From Bacteroidales bacterium (GTDB lineage: Bacteria; Bacteroidota; Bacteroidia; Bacteroidales; UBA7960), in assembly GCA_003560165.1 (NCBI GenBank), contig PWJC01000052.1:1-63161 (forward strand): a stretch of DNA of 63,161 nt, in the 5' to 3' direction. Made by a program: the position numbers and the translations under genes. Shown piece after piece: positions 41,683 to 50,669 of the stretch. The stretch's first letter is position 1. Every line of letters begins with the position of its first letter. A model generated the notes under the pieces. The model did not search any database and was not told the origin of the DNA. It was given only the letters and a program-made list of their open reading frames with translations.

Positions 41683-42504
41683 ATGCACCAGACCCTCGAA
41701 CAGATATTTACCCCCGCTCCACCGGCTTCCCGTCCTTTTTTCCTGATCGCCGGCCCCTGCGTGCTGGAGGACGAAGACATGGGATTTGTGATCGCCGACC
41801 GCCTGGCCGCCATCGCCCGGTCGATGTACATCCCTTTTGTTTTCAAGGCCTCCTACAAAAAAGCCAACCGGACCAGGCTCGACAGCTTTTCGGGACTGGG
41901 CGACGAAAAAGCCCTCGATCTGCTGGGGGCCATCCGGCAGCAATGCGGAGTGGCCGTGCTTACCGATGTGCATACCGCCCAGGAGGCCAGCCTGGCAGCA
42001 AGCCGGGCAGACATCCTTCAGATCCCCGCCTTCCTCTGCCGCCAAACCGAATTGCTGATGGCGGCAGGAAAGACAGGCAGGGCAGTAAACATCAAGAAAG
42101 GGCAATTCCTGTCTCCTTCCTCTATGGGCTTCGCCACCGAAAAGGTGATGGCCTCGGGCAACAACAGGGTGATGCTTACCGAAAGGGGGTCTTGCTTTGG
42201 TTACGGCGACCTGGTGGTGGATTTTCGCAGCATCCCCATCATGCAACAGTTGAAGGTCCCGGTGGTCCTCGACGCAACCCATTCGCTGCAGCAGCCCGAT
42301 CAGGGCAAAGGTGTGAGCGGTGGCCTGCCCCATCTGATAGAGACCATTGCAAAAGCGGGGATCGCTGCAGGGGCCGACGGATTGTTCATTGAAACCCATC
42401 CCGACCCGGGCAGGGCGAAATCGGACGGCGCCAATATGATAAAACTCGACAAGGTAGAAGCCCTGCTTGAAAAGCTGCTGAAGATCAAATCGGCCCTTGG
42501 ATAA
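41683..42504 (+). CDS. kdsA: 3-deoxy-8-phosphooctulonate synthase
   Basis: IAGPCV, FKASYKKANRT, LQIPAFLCRQT, NIKKGQF, TERG, DATHSLQ, ETHPDP. Confidence 0.97.
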   Translation: MHQTLEQIFTPAPPASRPFFLIAGPCVLEDEDMGFVIADRLAAIARSMYIPFVFKASYKKANRTRLDSFSGLGDEKALDLLGAIRQQCGVAVLTDVHTAQEASLAASRADILQIPAFLCRQTELLMAAGKTGRAVNIKKGQFLSPSSMGFATEKVMASGNNRVMLTERGSCFGYGDLVVDFRSIPIMQQLKVPVVLDATHSLQQPDQGKGVSGGLPHLIETIAKAGIAAGADGLFIETHPDPGRAKSDGANMIKLDKVEALLEKLLKIKSALG

Positions 42505-42508
42505 GGAT

Positions 42509-43789
42509 CTAAGCTGCCTCTTGCAGGGACAAAGGCATGGCTTCCAGCCTGGCCCTGAGATCCCTCACCACCTCCCGGAATGCTTCCAGGTATTCGTCGG
42601 GCAGCGGGTCTCCACTGGGAAACTCCAGCCGCAGATGATCCACCTGCTGTCCGTTTTTCCAGAAACGGAAACAAACATGGGGCCCGGTGGCCAGTCCGGT
42701 GCTGCCCACATAACCGATCACATCGCCCTGCGATACCGATGCACCCCTGCGAATGCCACTGGCAAAGCGCGACATGTGGAGGTATTGGGTCTCGTAGACC
42801 GAATTATGCCTTATGCGCACATAATTGCCGTTGCCCCGGGTATAGGAAGCCTGGGTAACGACCCCGTCGCCCACGGCAAGAATCGGGGTGCCGTGAGGGG
42901 CAGCATAATCGGTACCGTAATGAGGGCGGCGGTCGCCGTGAATCGGGTGCAGCCGCGAATGCGAATACCGCGACGAAATGCGCCCAAACTCCAGGGGGGC
43001 ACGTAAAAACACCTTTCGCAGATTGTTGCCCTGGGCATCAAAATATCCGCTGATGGTGTCGGCCTCGAACAAATACCCTTCAATTTCCCTGCCCCTGTGT
43101 ACAAAGCGAACTGCCTCCACCCGCGAAACCCCAACACGGCGTTCGCCAACGTAGTCTTCTTCGAACAACACCCTGAAGCTGTCCCCTGCCTGAATGCGGT
43201 AAAAATCGACCGACCAGGCCAGGATGCGCGCAAGCTGAACAGCCAGCTGGGGATGGAGGTCGTTGTCAATAAGTGCATTCCACAAAGAAGAGCTGATGAC
43301 CCCCGAGGCCTCCCGGCGATGTTGCTGAACCTCCCTGGCCGAGCGGCTGATCCTGACAGAGTCGGTGAAATCGATCAGCAGGTATTCCAGATCGGATATC
43401 TCATAAACAAAATAATGCAAGGGTGCCTCCCGGATTTCGGGCAGGTAGGCAAAATACCTGTTCCCGCTGCGTATCCTCCTCGGGCTAAACACATCGCCCA
43501 TCTGCCTGGCGACCCTGTCGATGTCCGATGCCGTGAAGCCGAATCCGCCCAGAATATGCGACAAGGTATGCCGGGGCCCCACCAGCCCCGACTCAATATG
43601 GTAGAGGCCGGCCGGGATGCCAAACTCATCGGCAGGGTTTTCTTCCTTCAGGGCTTCTTCTTCCGTTTCGGGGTATACGATCAGGGCTGCCTCCTCCTTT
43701 TTCAACAATACGAGACAGGCCAAAAGGGCAACAGAGCCCATCAGAAAAAGAAGCCTTAAAAATGCCGGGCGAAGAATTGGTAGATGCAT
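42509..43789 (-). CDS. M23 family peptidoglycan DD-endopeptidase (MepM-like)
   Basis: N-terminal TM, FLRAPL, HYGTDYAAP (HxxxD), YLHM, GSTGLATGPHVCF. Confidence 0.9.
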   Translation of the reverse strand: MHLPILRPAFLRLLFLMGSVALLACLVLLKKEEAALIVYPETEEEALKEENPADEFGIPAGLYHIESGLVGPRHTLSHILGGFGFTASDIDRVARQMGDVFSPRRIRSGNRYFAYLPEIREAPLHYFVYEISDLEYLLIDFTDSVRISRSAREVQQHRREASGVISSSLWNALIDNDLHPQLAVQLARILAWSVDFYRIQAGDSFRVLFEEDYVGERRVGVSRVEAVRFVHRGREIEGYLFEADTISGYFDAQGNNLRKVFLRAPLEFGRISSRYSHSRLHPIHGDRRPHYGTDYAAPHGTPILAVGDGVVTQASYTRGNGNYVRIRHNSVYETQYLHMSRFASGIRRGASVSQGDVIGYVGSTGLATGPHVCFRFWKNGQQVDHLRLEFPSGDPLPDEYLEAFREVVRDLRARLEAMPLSLQEAA

Positions 43790-43807
43790 CGGTTTGAAGG
43801 TTTTTCA

Positions 43808-44383
43808 TCAGGGGTTAAGAATAAGCAGGCTGGTAAACACCAGATTGAAAATATGGGATAGTCCCAGCAGGATAAAGAAGCTCACCAGGGTATAACCGAT
43901 CCGGTGGTGCCCGGGAGTTTCCATGAGGTAGCCGCAACCGGCCCAAAACAGGTAGGCCGTATAGAGCAAGCCCAGCCAGCGCAGGGGCGAAAGCCCCGGG
44001 CTGAGGGCCGAAACGGGCAGAAACAGCATATAGGGGGTATAGGCGGCCATCACCAACAACATGGCCATGCCGGCCGAGGGCTTGCTGTTAAAAGGCTTAC
44101 CCAGCTTGGCAATGAGGTGTGAGCCGAGCCAGATAGACAGCAAATACCCCGAAAGGCTGATCAGGAAAATACCGGCCAGCTGGTCGCCCCTGAGATCCAA
44201 GCCCCCGGGCTGATAGAGCAAAGCCCTGGCCATCCGCCCTGCCGAGCCAACGACCAACAGGGGCAGGCCATAGGCAAGCAGGAAAGAGTTCGCCGCGGGG
44301 GGCGATCCGGCCATGGCTTCGAAATAAGACCGGGGCCGGAAAAGAATTCCTGAAATGATGCGCAGGTTCTGCTTTTTGTCCAT
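43808..44383 (-). CDS. Yip1 domain membrane protein
   Basis: ILFRPRSYF, AYTP, five TM segments; TATCTTTG motif at 44418-44425 on minus. Confidence 0.7.
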   Translation of the reverse strand: MDKKQNLRIISGILFRPRSYFEAMAGSPPAANSFLLAYGLPLLVVGSAGRMARALLYQPGGLDLRGDQLAGIFLISLSGYLLSIWLGSHLIAKLGKPFNSKPSAGMAMLLVMAAYTPYMLFLPVSALSPGLSPLRWLGLLYTAYLFWAGCGYLMETPGHHRIGYTLVSFFILLGLSHIFNLVFTSLLILNP

Positions 44384-44639
44384 GAAATGAGGTTGGTTTG
44401 GCCGGGGTTTGCGGTTTCAAAGATACATGAACTTTTCTTTATGGAGAAGCACATTCATGACAGCTGTTCATCAGCAAAAATGCTTCCGGGCTTCGCAGAA
44501 AGCGGGGATGTCCTTCTTTTAAAACACGAAATATTTCCCTGGCAAAGGATCCCATTGGCCTGAACGGCTGATGCAGGCGGCAGGCTTGTCTGCGCAGAGA
44601 AAAAAACCAGCCGGACTGCCGTATATTTGCCAGGGGTTG

Positions 44640-44647
44640 TAACTTTG
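44640..44647 (+). promoter_or_regulatory. Bacteroidota -7 promoter motif for xerD
   Basis: TAACTTTG 33 nt upstream of the ATG. Confidence 0.55.
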
Positions 44648-44680
44648 TGATGCAACCGGGTACTCCGAAAATAATCCCTT

Positions 44681-45598
44681 ATGAGCTGGGAAATATGGAA
44701 AAAGGGCTTTGCCAATTACCTTAAGCTGGAAAGGTCGCTCTCCGACCACTCCATTGCCGCCTACCTTGCCGATGTCGACAAGCTGGTTGCCTATTTCGGG
44801 CACATACAGCAACCCACAGCCCCCGAGCAGGCAGATGCCGGCATGTTGTCGGGTTTTGCAGCCTGGTTGCATTCGTTGGGTATCGGTGAACTCACCCAGG
44901 CAAGGATCATCTCGGGGGTGAGGGCCTTTTACAAATACCTTCTCATAGAAGATGCCATCGACAGCAATCCTGCCGCCGCAATGGAAACACCCCGGGCCCG
45001 CCGAAAGCTGCCCGGGGTACTCTCGGTACACGAGATCCAGCGTATGATAGCGATCATCGACCTGAGCAAACCCTACGGACAGCGCAACCGGGCCATCATT
45101 GAAACCCTCTATGGCTGCGGCTTGCGGGTGAGCGAACTCCTGCAGCTGAAAATCTCCGACCTCTATGCCGCAGAGGAGTACCTCCGGATTACCGGCAAGG
45201 GAAACAAGCAACGCCTGGTACCCATCGGCAGGGAGGCCCTCAGGCATATCGGCCTCTACCTGGAAGGAAGCAGGATGCAGCTTGCCGCTGACAGAGCCTA
45301 CAGTGATCACCTGTTTTTGAACCGTCACGGCAAGTCGCTGAGCCGCGTCGCAATTTTCAACCTGGTAAAGGAACTGAGCCGGGCTGCGGGCATCGGAAAG
45401 CAGGTAAGCCCCCACACCTTCCGCCACAGTTTTGCCACCCACCTGGTAGAAGGGGGCGCCGACCTCAGGGCAGTCCAGGACATGCTGGGGCATGAATCCA
45501 TCACCACCACGGAGATCTATACCCACCTGAGCCGCGAATACCTCCGCGAAACCTTGCTATCCTTCCACCCCCGTGCGGGCCATGAGGGTGTCAGCTGA
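44681..45598 (+). CDS. xerD: Site-specific tyrosine recombinase XerD
   Basis: LKLERSLS, LYGCGLRVSEL, GKGNKQRLVP, SPHTFRHSFATHL, LGHESITTTEIYTH. Confidence 0.9.
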   Translation: MSWEIWKKGFANYLKLERSLSDHSIAAYLADVDKLVAYFGHIQQPTAPEQADAGMLSGFAAWLHSLGIGELTQARIISGVRAFYKYLLIEDAIDSNPAAAMETPRARRKLPGVLSVHEIQRMIAIIDLSKPYGQRNRAIIETLYGCGLRVSELLQLKISDLYAAEEYLRITGKGNKQRLVPIGREALRHIGLYLEGSRMQLAADRAYSDHLFLNRHGKSLSRVAIFNLVKELSRAAGIGKQVSPHTFRHSFATHLVEGGADLRAVQDMLGHESITTTEIYTHLSREYLRETLLSFHPRAGHEGVS

Positions 45599-46742
45599 CC
45601 CAGAACATGTCTGCGGCGATGCCGTCGGCAAAAAGCATCCCCTGGCTGTTGAGCACCAGGTGGTCTGCCCGCCTTTCCATCAGGCCACCGGCAATATGCC
45701 TGGCCGCCTCTTTTTCCAGGGCCTCACGCCGCGTTTTCCCCCAAAGGGCCTCTACCCTGTCCAGGTCACACCCCCACATGGTACGTAAAGAGGTCATCAG
45801 GTACTCGTCAAAGCTTTGTGCGGCAGTCAGCATTTCGGACTGCCGTGGCAAAACACCTTGGCCGATATCCCTAATATAGGCCGTGGTGTTGGCAATGTTC
45901 CAGCACCTGAAGCCTGGCTTGTAGCTATGGGCAGAAGGCCCGATGCCCAGATAGGGCCGGCCGGTCCAGTACGCCAGGTTGTGGCGGGAAAAACGACCGG
46001 GCAGCCCGAAACTCGAGACCTCGTAGTGTGCATAGCCCCTGCTCTCCATCAGGGGAAGCATCATCCGGTACTGCCTGGCTGTTTGCTCATCCTCCACCGG
46101 GGCCGCCCTCCCCTTCCGGATCAGGTAATGAAGGGGGGTCTTTTCTTCGACCGTCAGGGCATAGGCCGAAATATGGGGTATCCCGAGCCCGATCAGCTGC
46201 ATAAGGTTTTCTTCCCACAAGGCATCGCTCAGGGTGGGGGTGCCGTAGATCAGATCGACGGTGAGGTTGTCAAAACCTGCTGCCATGGCTTCGTGCAGGC
46301 TACCGACGGCCTGCTGTGGCGTATGCAGGCGGTTCATGTAACGCAGGTCGGGAAGATGGAAAGACTGCACACCAATGCTAAGCCGGTTTACCGGGGTCTG
46401 CCGGAGTGCCTTCAGTTTCTCCCTGCTCAGGTCGTCGGGGTTGGCCTCCAGGCTGATCTCGGTGTTGTGGTCAAATGCATAATGCGCCGACAGGGCCTCA
46501 AAGATCCGGATGATGTCCGAAACCGGGAGCAGTGAGGGGGTGCCACCGCCCACATAGATGGTGTTGAGTGGGATCGCCTCCCCGGCCGGGCTTTGCTGAT
46601 CGAAAAAATCACAGCTCATCCTGATCTCCTTCAGCAGGGATTCGACCAGGACCCCCTGCTGGCGACGCGACACCGAAAAATGAAAGTTGCAGTAGCTGCA
46701 GGCCTGGCGGCAAAAGGGGATATGGATGTATATACCAGCCAT
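45591..46742 (-). CDS. hemW: Radical SAM heme chaperone HemW
   Basis: MAGIYIHIPFCRQACSYCNF, GGGTPS, EANP, RLSIGVQSF, HYEVS, HNLAYW; ATG at 46742 chosen. Confidence 0.92.
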   Translation of the reverse strand: MAGIYIHIPFCRQACSYCNFHFSVSRRQQGVLVESLLKEIRMSCDFFDQQSPAGEAIPLNTIYVGGGTPSLLPVSDIIRIFEALSAHYAFDHNTEISLEANPDDLSREKLKALRQTPVNRLSIGVQSFHLPDLRYMNRLHTPQQAVGSLHEAMAAGFDNLTVDLIYGTPTLSDALWEENLMQLIGLGIPHISAYALTVEEKTPLHYLIRKGRAAPVEDEQTARQYRMMLPLMESRGYAHYEVSSFGLPGRFSRHNLAYWTGRPYLGIGPSAHSYKPGFRCWNIANTTAYIRDIGQGVLPRQSEMLTAAQSFDEYLMTSLRTMWGCDLDRVEALWGKTRREALEKEAARHIAGGLMERRADHLVLNSQGMLFADGIAADMFWVS

Positions 46743-46770
46743 GGACGGGCTTATTGGGTGTCGGGGCGAG

Positions 46771-49128
46771 CTAGACGGCAAGCCCCTCCATTGATTCCTT
46801 CAGTTCCCTTGCATTGGCCAGGAATTCATCCACGTTCATTTCTTTGAGGTAGAGCAAACCGTGACTGGCCCTGATCCTGGGGTCGGCGTTCAGGTAAAAA
46901 TAGTTCTTGCCCAGCAGCAACTGGACATCCGTCAGTTGCTTCACCCAGATCTTCTGGGCCAGGGTGCTGAATTTGCCGTTGAGTTCGTAGCTGGGGAATG
47001 AGGCATCCACCTGGCTGAGGTAGCAGTTGCTGAAAGATTCGTTCATTTCGGCCATGGCGTTCAGCGACACAGGGAAAATGATGTTGGCCTCGGCCGGACC
47101 GAAACGGTACCACACGTTGCGGTATCCCCATATCCTAAGTGCAGACAGGTCTTCTTCCTGCTTCCATTGTCGCAATGCCCCGGCAATGGTTTGAAGGACC
47201 TTGTAATGGGTATCGGGGCCACTGCCTTCGGGGTCGAATGTCAGGCTAAGCACGGTGGGCCTGACCTCCCTGAGTAAGTTGAGTACCGGCTCCACGTCCC
47301 TGTCAAGCTCGGGTTGTTCCGTAAAAATATCACCCGTGTAAAAACCCAACCGCAAATGCTCCACGTTTTTTACCTGCACCCCATAATGGGCCCAGACCAG
47401 CTCTTCCTCGAACTCTCTGATCATCCCCTTGAGCTGTTGGATCTTGGGAGGGTTTTTCTCGCCCTCATAGCTATTGAGGAGTTTTTCGGAAACCTGGCCA
47501 ATGACCTCCGTTAATTCCTGTTTGTTTTTCACCCCAAAGGTTTCCACCAGGGCCCTGACCATTCGGTGGCATACCCCCCTGCGGCGTTCGTCTTCGTTGC
47601 CCGAAGCCACATTGTTCAGGTAGTGGTATACGTCCTTGTCGTTTTTCAGTGCATACCCCACATCGAAAAAATCGGGATAGTCCACCATCTGGATCAACCC
47701 CTGCTCAAGGAGCTCGCGGGTATCGGCCAGCAGGCCGGTGACAAAGGAATTGGTCACGGCCGTGAAACCACTGGTCAGCACGGCAAACCTGAACTTATTC
47801 GAGGGAGTGCTGATGTGCTTTGTGATAAAGGGGAGGATGCCCAGCATGATGTCGTCGTGATGGGGGCCTGTGTGCAGGAACACCTGATTTTCTTCCTGCT
47901 TCAGCCCCCTGTAGATCTTTTCGATGATGCTGGCCGACACCTTCTCCACGGTATTTTCGTCCAATCCGGGGATCATATGGCAAAACGGGTCCTCCCTGAG
48001 CTCGTCAATCAGCAGCATATGCCCGAAGCGTTCCAGCTTTCTGCATAAGCCGATGACAGCCCGCTCGCTTTTTTCCATAGTCCATTCGCCGCCGGTAAAA
48101 TACCGGTTTTCCATGTCGCTGAGGCGGGAGGCCGCTCCCTGAGTAATGTAAAAACGCCCCCGGGGCAACTTGGCCAGGATAGAGGCCGGGAAAAGGTTCG
48201 AGATCTCATTTTCGAGGCTATCCCTGACAATCCCGGCCTTGGCCTCACCGGCGGCAAGTATGATGGCCACCGCGTCCTGGTTGTAGGTGATGGTCTCCAG
48301 GCCAATGGTAATCACCAGGCGGTTCGCCGATATCTCGATGCCGCCCAGGTCGCCGGCCGCCACTGCCTGGGTCTCAAAATTGGTGGAGGTGAGGCGGGTG
48401 GTACTGAATTCGTCCGACCCCCTTACGTTAAAGGCAATATGGCCATCCGGACCTATGCCCCCCAAAAAGAAGCCAATTCCACCCTTGTCGCGTATCCGCT
48501 GTTCGTAATCGCTGCACCATTCATCGATCATGAAAATGGACGATTGCTGGATTTCCTCCCGGGGGCTGCGCGCCTCGCGGTAGCGCAATGACAGGTCGAT
48601 GCGGCCCTCGGGAAAAACCTCCGAGAAATGCTTCCTCCCAAACAGGGGAATCTCGTCGCTGTTGATCAGCATGGCCTTGTCCTTGTCCAGCCCAAAGCCC
48701 CTGAGATAATACTCCGATATATAATGGTAAAAGCTGTTGTGCTGACGGTGGCTGATGGGATAGAATTCGTCGATCTGGATAAAATGCAACCCCCTTAGAT
48801 CGGGCTTGCGGCCGGTATTCAGGCCAAAGCCTTCGCGGATGGCCACCCCCTGGCTGTTGTCCCAGTTCTCGAGCAGGTAATTGGTCCACCTGATGAAAAA
48901 CTCCGGGGTTTTTCCCGTAGGCAGGCTGATGACCCCCCCGGGATTGGCCGAAACCCATTCCAGGAACCTCAGGGCGGTAAACAAACCGAGTTTCGGGAAA
49001 TTATCCACCACAATATAGGGGATGGTTGTGCTTGTCTGCAGGATGCCACTCTTCTCTATGAAGGCTTTCTCAACCTGCGAATTGCCTGTTTGCCGGCCCC
49101 CGGTCTCCTGAAACATTCTGTTGTGCAT
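46771..49128 (-). CDS. nagB: Glucosamine-6-phosphate deaminase-like domain fused to a PIG-L/LmbE deacetylase-like domain
   Basis: SLPTGKTP, QIDEFYP, GGIGPDGHIAFN, ITIG, AAGEAKA; C-terminal GPHHDD, LGFYTG, DPEGSGPDTH, SQVDASFP. Confidence 0.75.
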   Translation of the reverse strand: MHNRMFQETGGRQTGNSQVEKAFIEKSGILQTSTTIPYIVVDNFPKLGLFTALRFLEWVSANPGGVISLPTGKTPEFFIRWTNYLLENWDNSQGVAIREGFGLNTGRKPDLRGLHFIQIDEFYPISHRQHNSFYHYISEYYLRGFGLDKDKAMLINSDEIPLFGRKHFSEVFPEGRIDLSLRYREARSPREEIQQSSIFMIDEWCSDYEQRIRDKGGIGFFLGGIGPDGHIAFNVRGSDEFSTTRLTSTNFETQAVAAGDLGGIEISANRLVITIGLETITYNQDAVAIILAAGEAKAGIVRDSLENEISNLFPASILAKLPRGRFYITQGAASRLSDMENRYFTGGEWTMEKSERAVIGLCRKLERFGHMLLIDELREDPFCHMIPGLDENTVEKVSASIIEKIYRGLKQEENQVFLHTGPHHDDIMLGILPFITKHISTPSNKFRFAVLTSGFTAVTNSFVTGLLADTRELLEQGLIQMVDYPDFFDVGYALKNDKDVYHYLNNVASGNEDERRRGVCHRMVRALVETFGVKNKQELTEVIGQVSEKLLNSYEGEKNPPKIQQLKGMIREFEEELVWAHYGVQVKNVEHLRLGFYTGDIFTEQPELDRDVEPVLNLLREVRPTVLSLTFDPEGSGPDTHYKVLQTIAGALRQWKQEEDLSALRIWGYRNVWYRFGPAEANIIFPVSLNAMAEMNESFSNCYLSQVDASFPSYELNGKFSTLAQKIWVKQLTDVQLLLGKNYFYLNADPRIRASHGLLYLKEMNVDEFLANARELKESMEGLAV

Positions 49129-49203
49129 ATGTGGCTTAAACTGGAATGGCTGATGGCTAATTTGTTTGAAACCGGCCTGGGGGCACCGCCCTGCCTGCCT
49201 GGC

Positions 49204-50442
49204 TTAGTCGTACAGGAAATAGGGTTTGGCCCTGAGCACGAAATCCGGGATTCCGGCCGTCCATAATTCCATGATGTCGCTTACCCGGAAGTTTTTCTGA
49301 AAGGCCTTGCGTACCCGGTCGGTACCGCACACCTTGTCGAACATATCCAGCCGGTTGGGGGACAGCTCAAAAATATCGTATTCGGGATGCATGCGAAATA
49401 CCTCCTGCACCACATAGAACTGTATCAGCGACAGGGGGGCACTCCGAAGGTCGGTAAGGTGGACCTGCACCCCACGCATCCGTTTGCCTTCCATATTGGT
49501 GTAAAACGGCCTGAAATGAATGGGGCGGAAGATAACCCCCGGGATGTCGAGTTGGTTGAGCCGGCTGGCCAGCAATTCGGCATCGTCTATCCAGTCGGTC
49601 CCGAACAATTGAAAAGGCAGGGTGTAGCCCACTCCGATGTTAACCAGGTAGAGTTCGCCGAGTATTCCCGATACGGGATAGAAATAGGCCGAATGGGCAT
49701 GGGGAATATGGGGAGAGGACATTACCCACGGAAGTCCGGTGTCTTCAAAAGACATGTCGCGCTTCCAGCCCTTCATTTCGATCACGGTGAGATCGGCCTG
49801 TATCCTGCCGCTCAACAGCCCTTCGCCGTTGAGGAAACGGGCCAGCTCGCCCACGGTGAATCCATGAACATAGGTGATGGGGAACTGACTGACAAAGGAA
49901 ATGAAGCCGGCCTCCACCAAAGGCCCCTCGAACTTGTTCCCGCCAAGAGGGTTGGGACGGTCAAGCACCATGAAAGGAATGCCGTTTTCGGCAGCGGCCT
50001 CCATGGCCAGGCCCAGGGTGCTGATATAGGTATAGGAGCGGGAACCGATGTCCTGGATGTCGTAAACCAGCACATCCACTCCCTCGAGCATGGCCGGGGT
50101 GGGTTTGCGGGTGGGGCCGTAGAGGCTGAACATGGGGACTCCGGTGCGGGGATCCTTCTGGTTTTCGACATAGTCGCCGGCAGGGTAATCTCCCCTGACC
50201 CCGTGCTCGGGGCCATAGAGGGCTACCAGTTCCACTCCGGGGGCAGCGGCCAGTATGTCGACGGTCGAGTTCAGCCAGCGGTCAACGCCGGTAGGGTTGG
50301 TGATCAGCCCGACCCGCTTGCCGCGCAATGGCTCGAAATCAAGCCCCCTGAGTACCTCAATGCCGGTCATCACCGTGGCATTTGCGTGCATTGCAGAGAA
50401 AAGCAGCATAAAAAAACCAACGTATTTAAGCCTCATAGGCAT
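49204..50442 (-). CDS. namZ: Exo-beta-N-acetylmuramidase NamZ (DUF1343)
   Basis: Signal peptide, GKRVGLITNPTG, PEHGVRG, SLYG, DIQDIGSRSYTY, LDRPNP, HGFTVGELA, WVMSSPHIP; start 50442 or 50436; TATATTTG motif at 50510-50517 on minus. Confidence 0.88.
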   Translation of the reverse strand: MPMRLKYVGFFMLLFSAMHANATVMTGIEVLRGLDFEPLRGKRVGLITNPTGVDRWLNSTVDILAAAPGVELVALYGPEHGVRGDYPAGDYVENQKDPRTGVPMFSLYGPTRKPTPAMLEGVDVLVYDIQDIGSRSYTYISTLGLAMEAAAENGIPFMVLDRPNPLGGNKFEGPLVEAGFISFVSQFPITYVHGFTVGELARFLNGEGLLSGRIQADLTVIEMKGWKRDMSFEDTGLPWVMSSPHIPHAHSAYFYPVSGILGELYLVNIGVGYTLPFQLFGTDWIDDAELLASRLNQLDIPGVIFRPIHFRPFYTNMEGKRMRGVQVHLTDLRSAPLSLIQFYVVQEVFRMHPEYDIFELSPNRLDMFDKVCGTDRVRKAFQKNFRVSDIMELWTAGIPDFVLRAKPYFLYD

Positions 50443-50533
50443 GGCGGGAGTAGCTGGATTGAAAGGAAATGGAAGATTGTTTACTTTTGGTTTACCAAAA
50501 GAATCAAAACAAATATACATGATTTTTTTAAGT

Positions 50534-50636
50534 GGAAGGCAGAAGACGGAAGACGGAACGACTTTCAGACCTTTTGACCTTTCGACATTTAAACTTTTTA
50601 CTACTTAACTCATCACTCACTACTCATCACTACTTT
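50534..50636. repeat. Degenerate composite 7-mer/8-mer array
   Basis: GGAAGGC AGAAGAC GGAAGAC; 8-mers GACTTTCA GACCTTTT GACCTTTC GACATTTA AACTTTTT; 7-mers ACTACTT, ACTCATC, ACTCACT, ACTCATC, ACTACTT. Confidence 0.7.
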
Positions 50637-50669
50637 CGGCCTTACCGGATATATAAAAATTAGGAACAC

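Noticed and set aside
44681-45598. Tyrosine recombinase as the integrase of a mobile element or the mobiliser of the repeats
   Set aside because: Length and motifs match housekeeping XerD, the neighbours are core genes, and I saw no att sites or cargo.
49146-49159. ATGGCTG ATGGCTA between namZ and nagB as a remnant of block A
   Set aside because: Two imperfect units are too few to call.
50643-50651. TACCGGATA next to two arrays (also 63064-63072)
   Set aside because: Only a 9-nt match at two of seven loci; compatible with chance.
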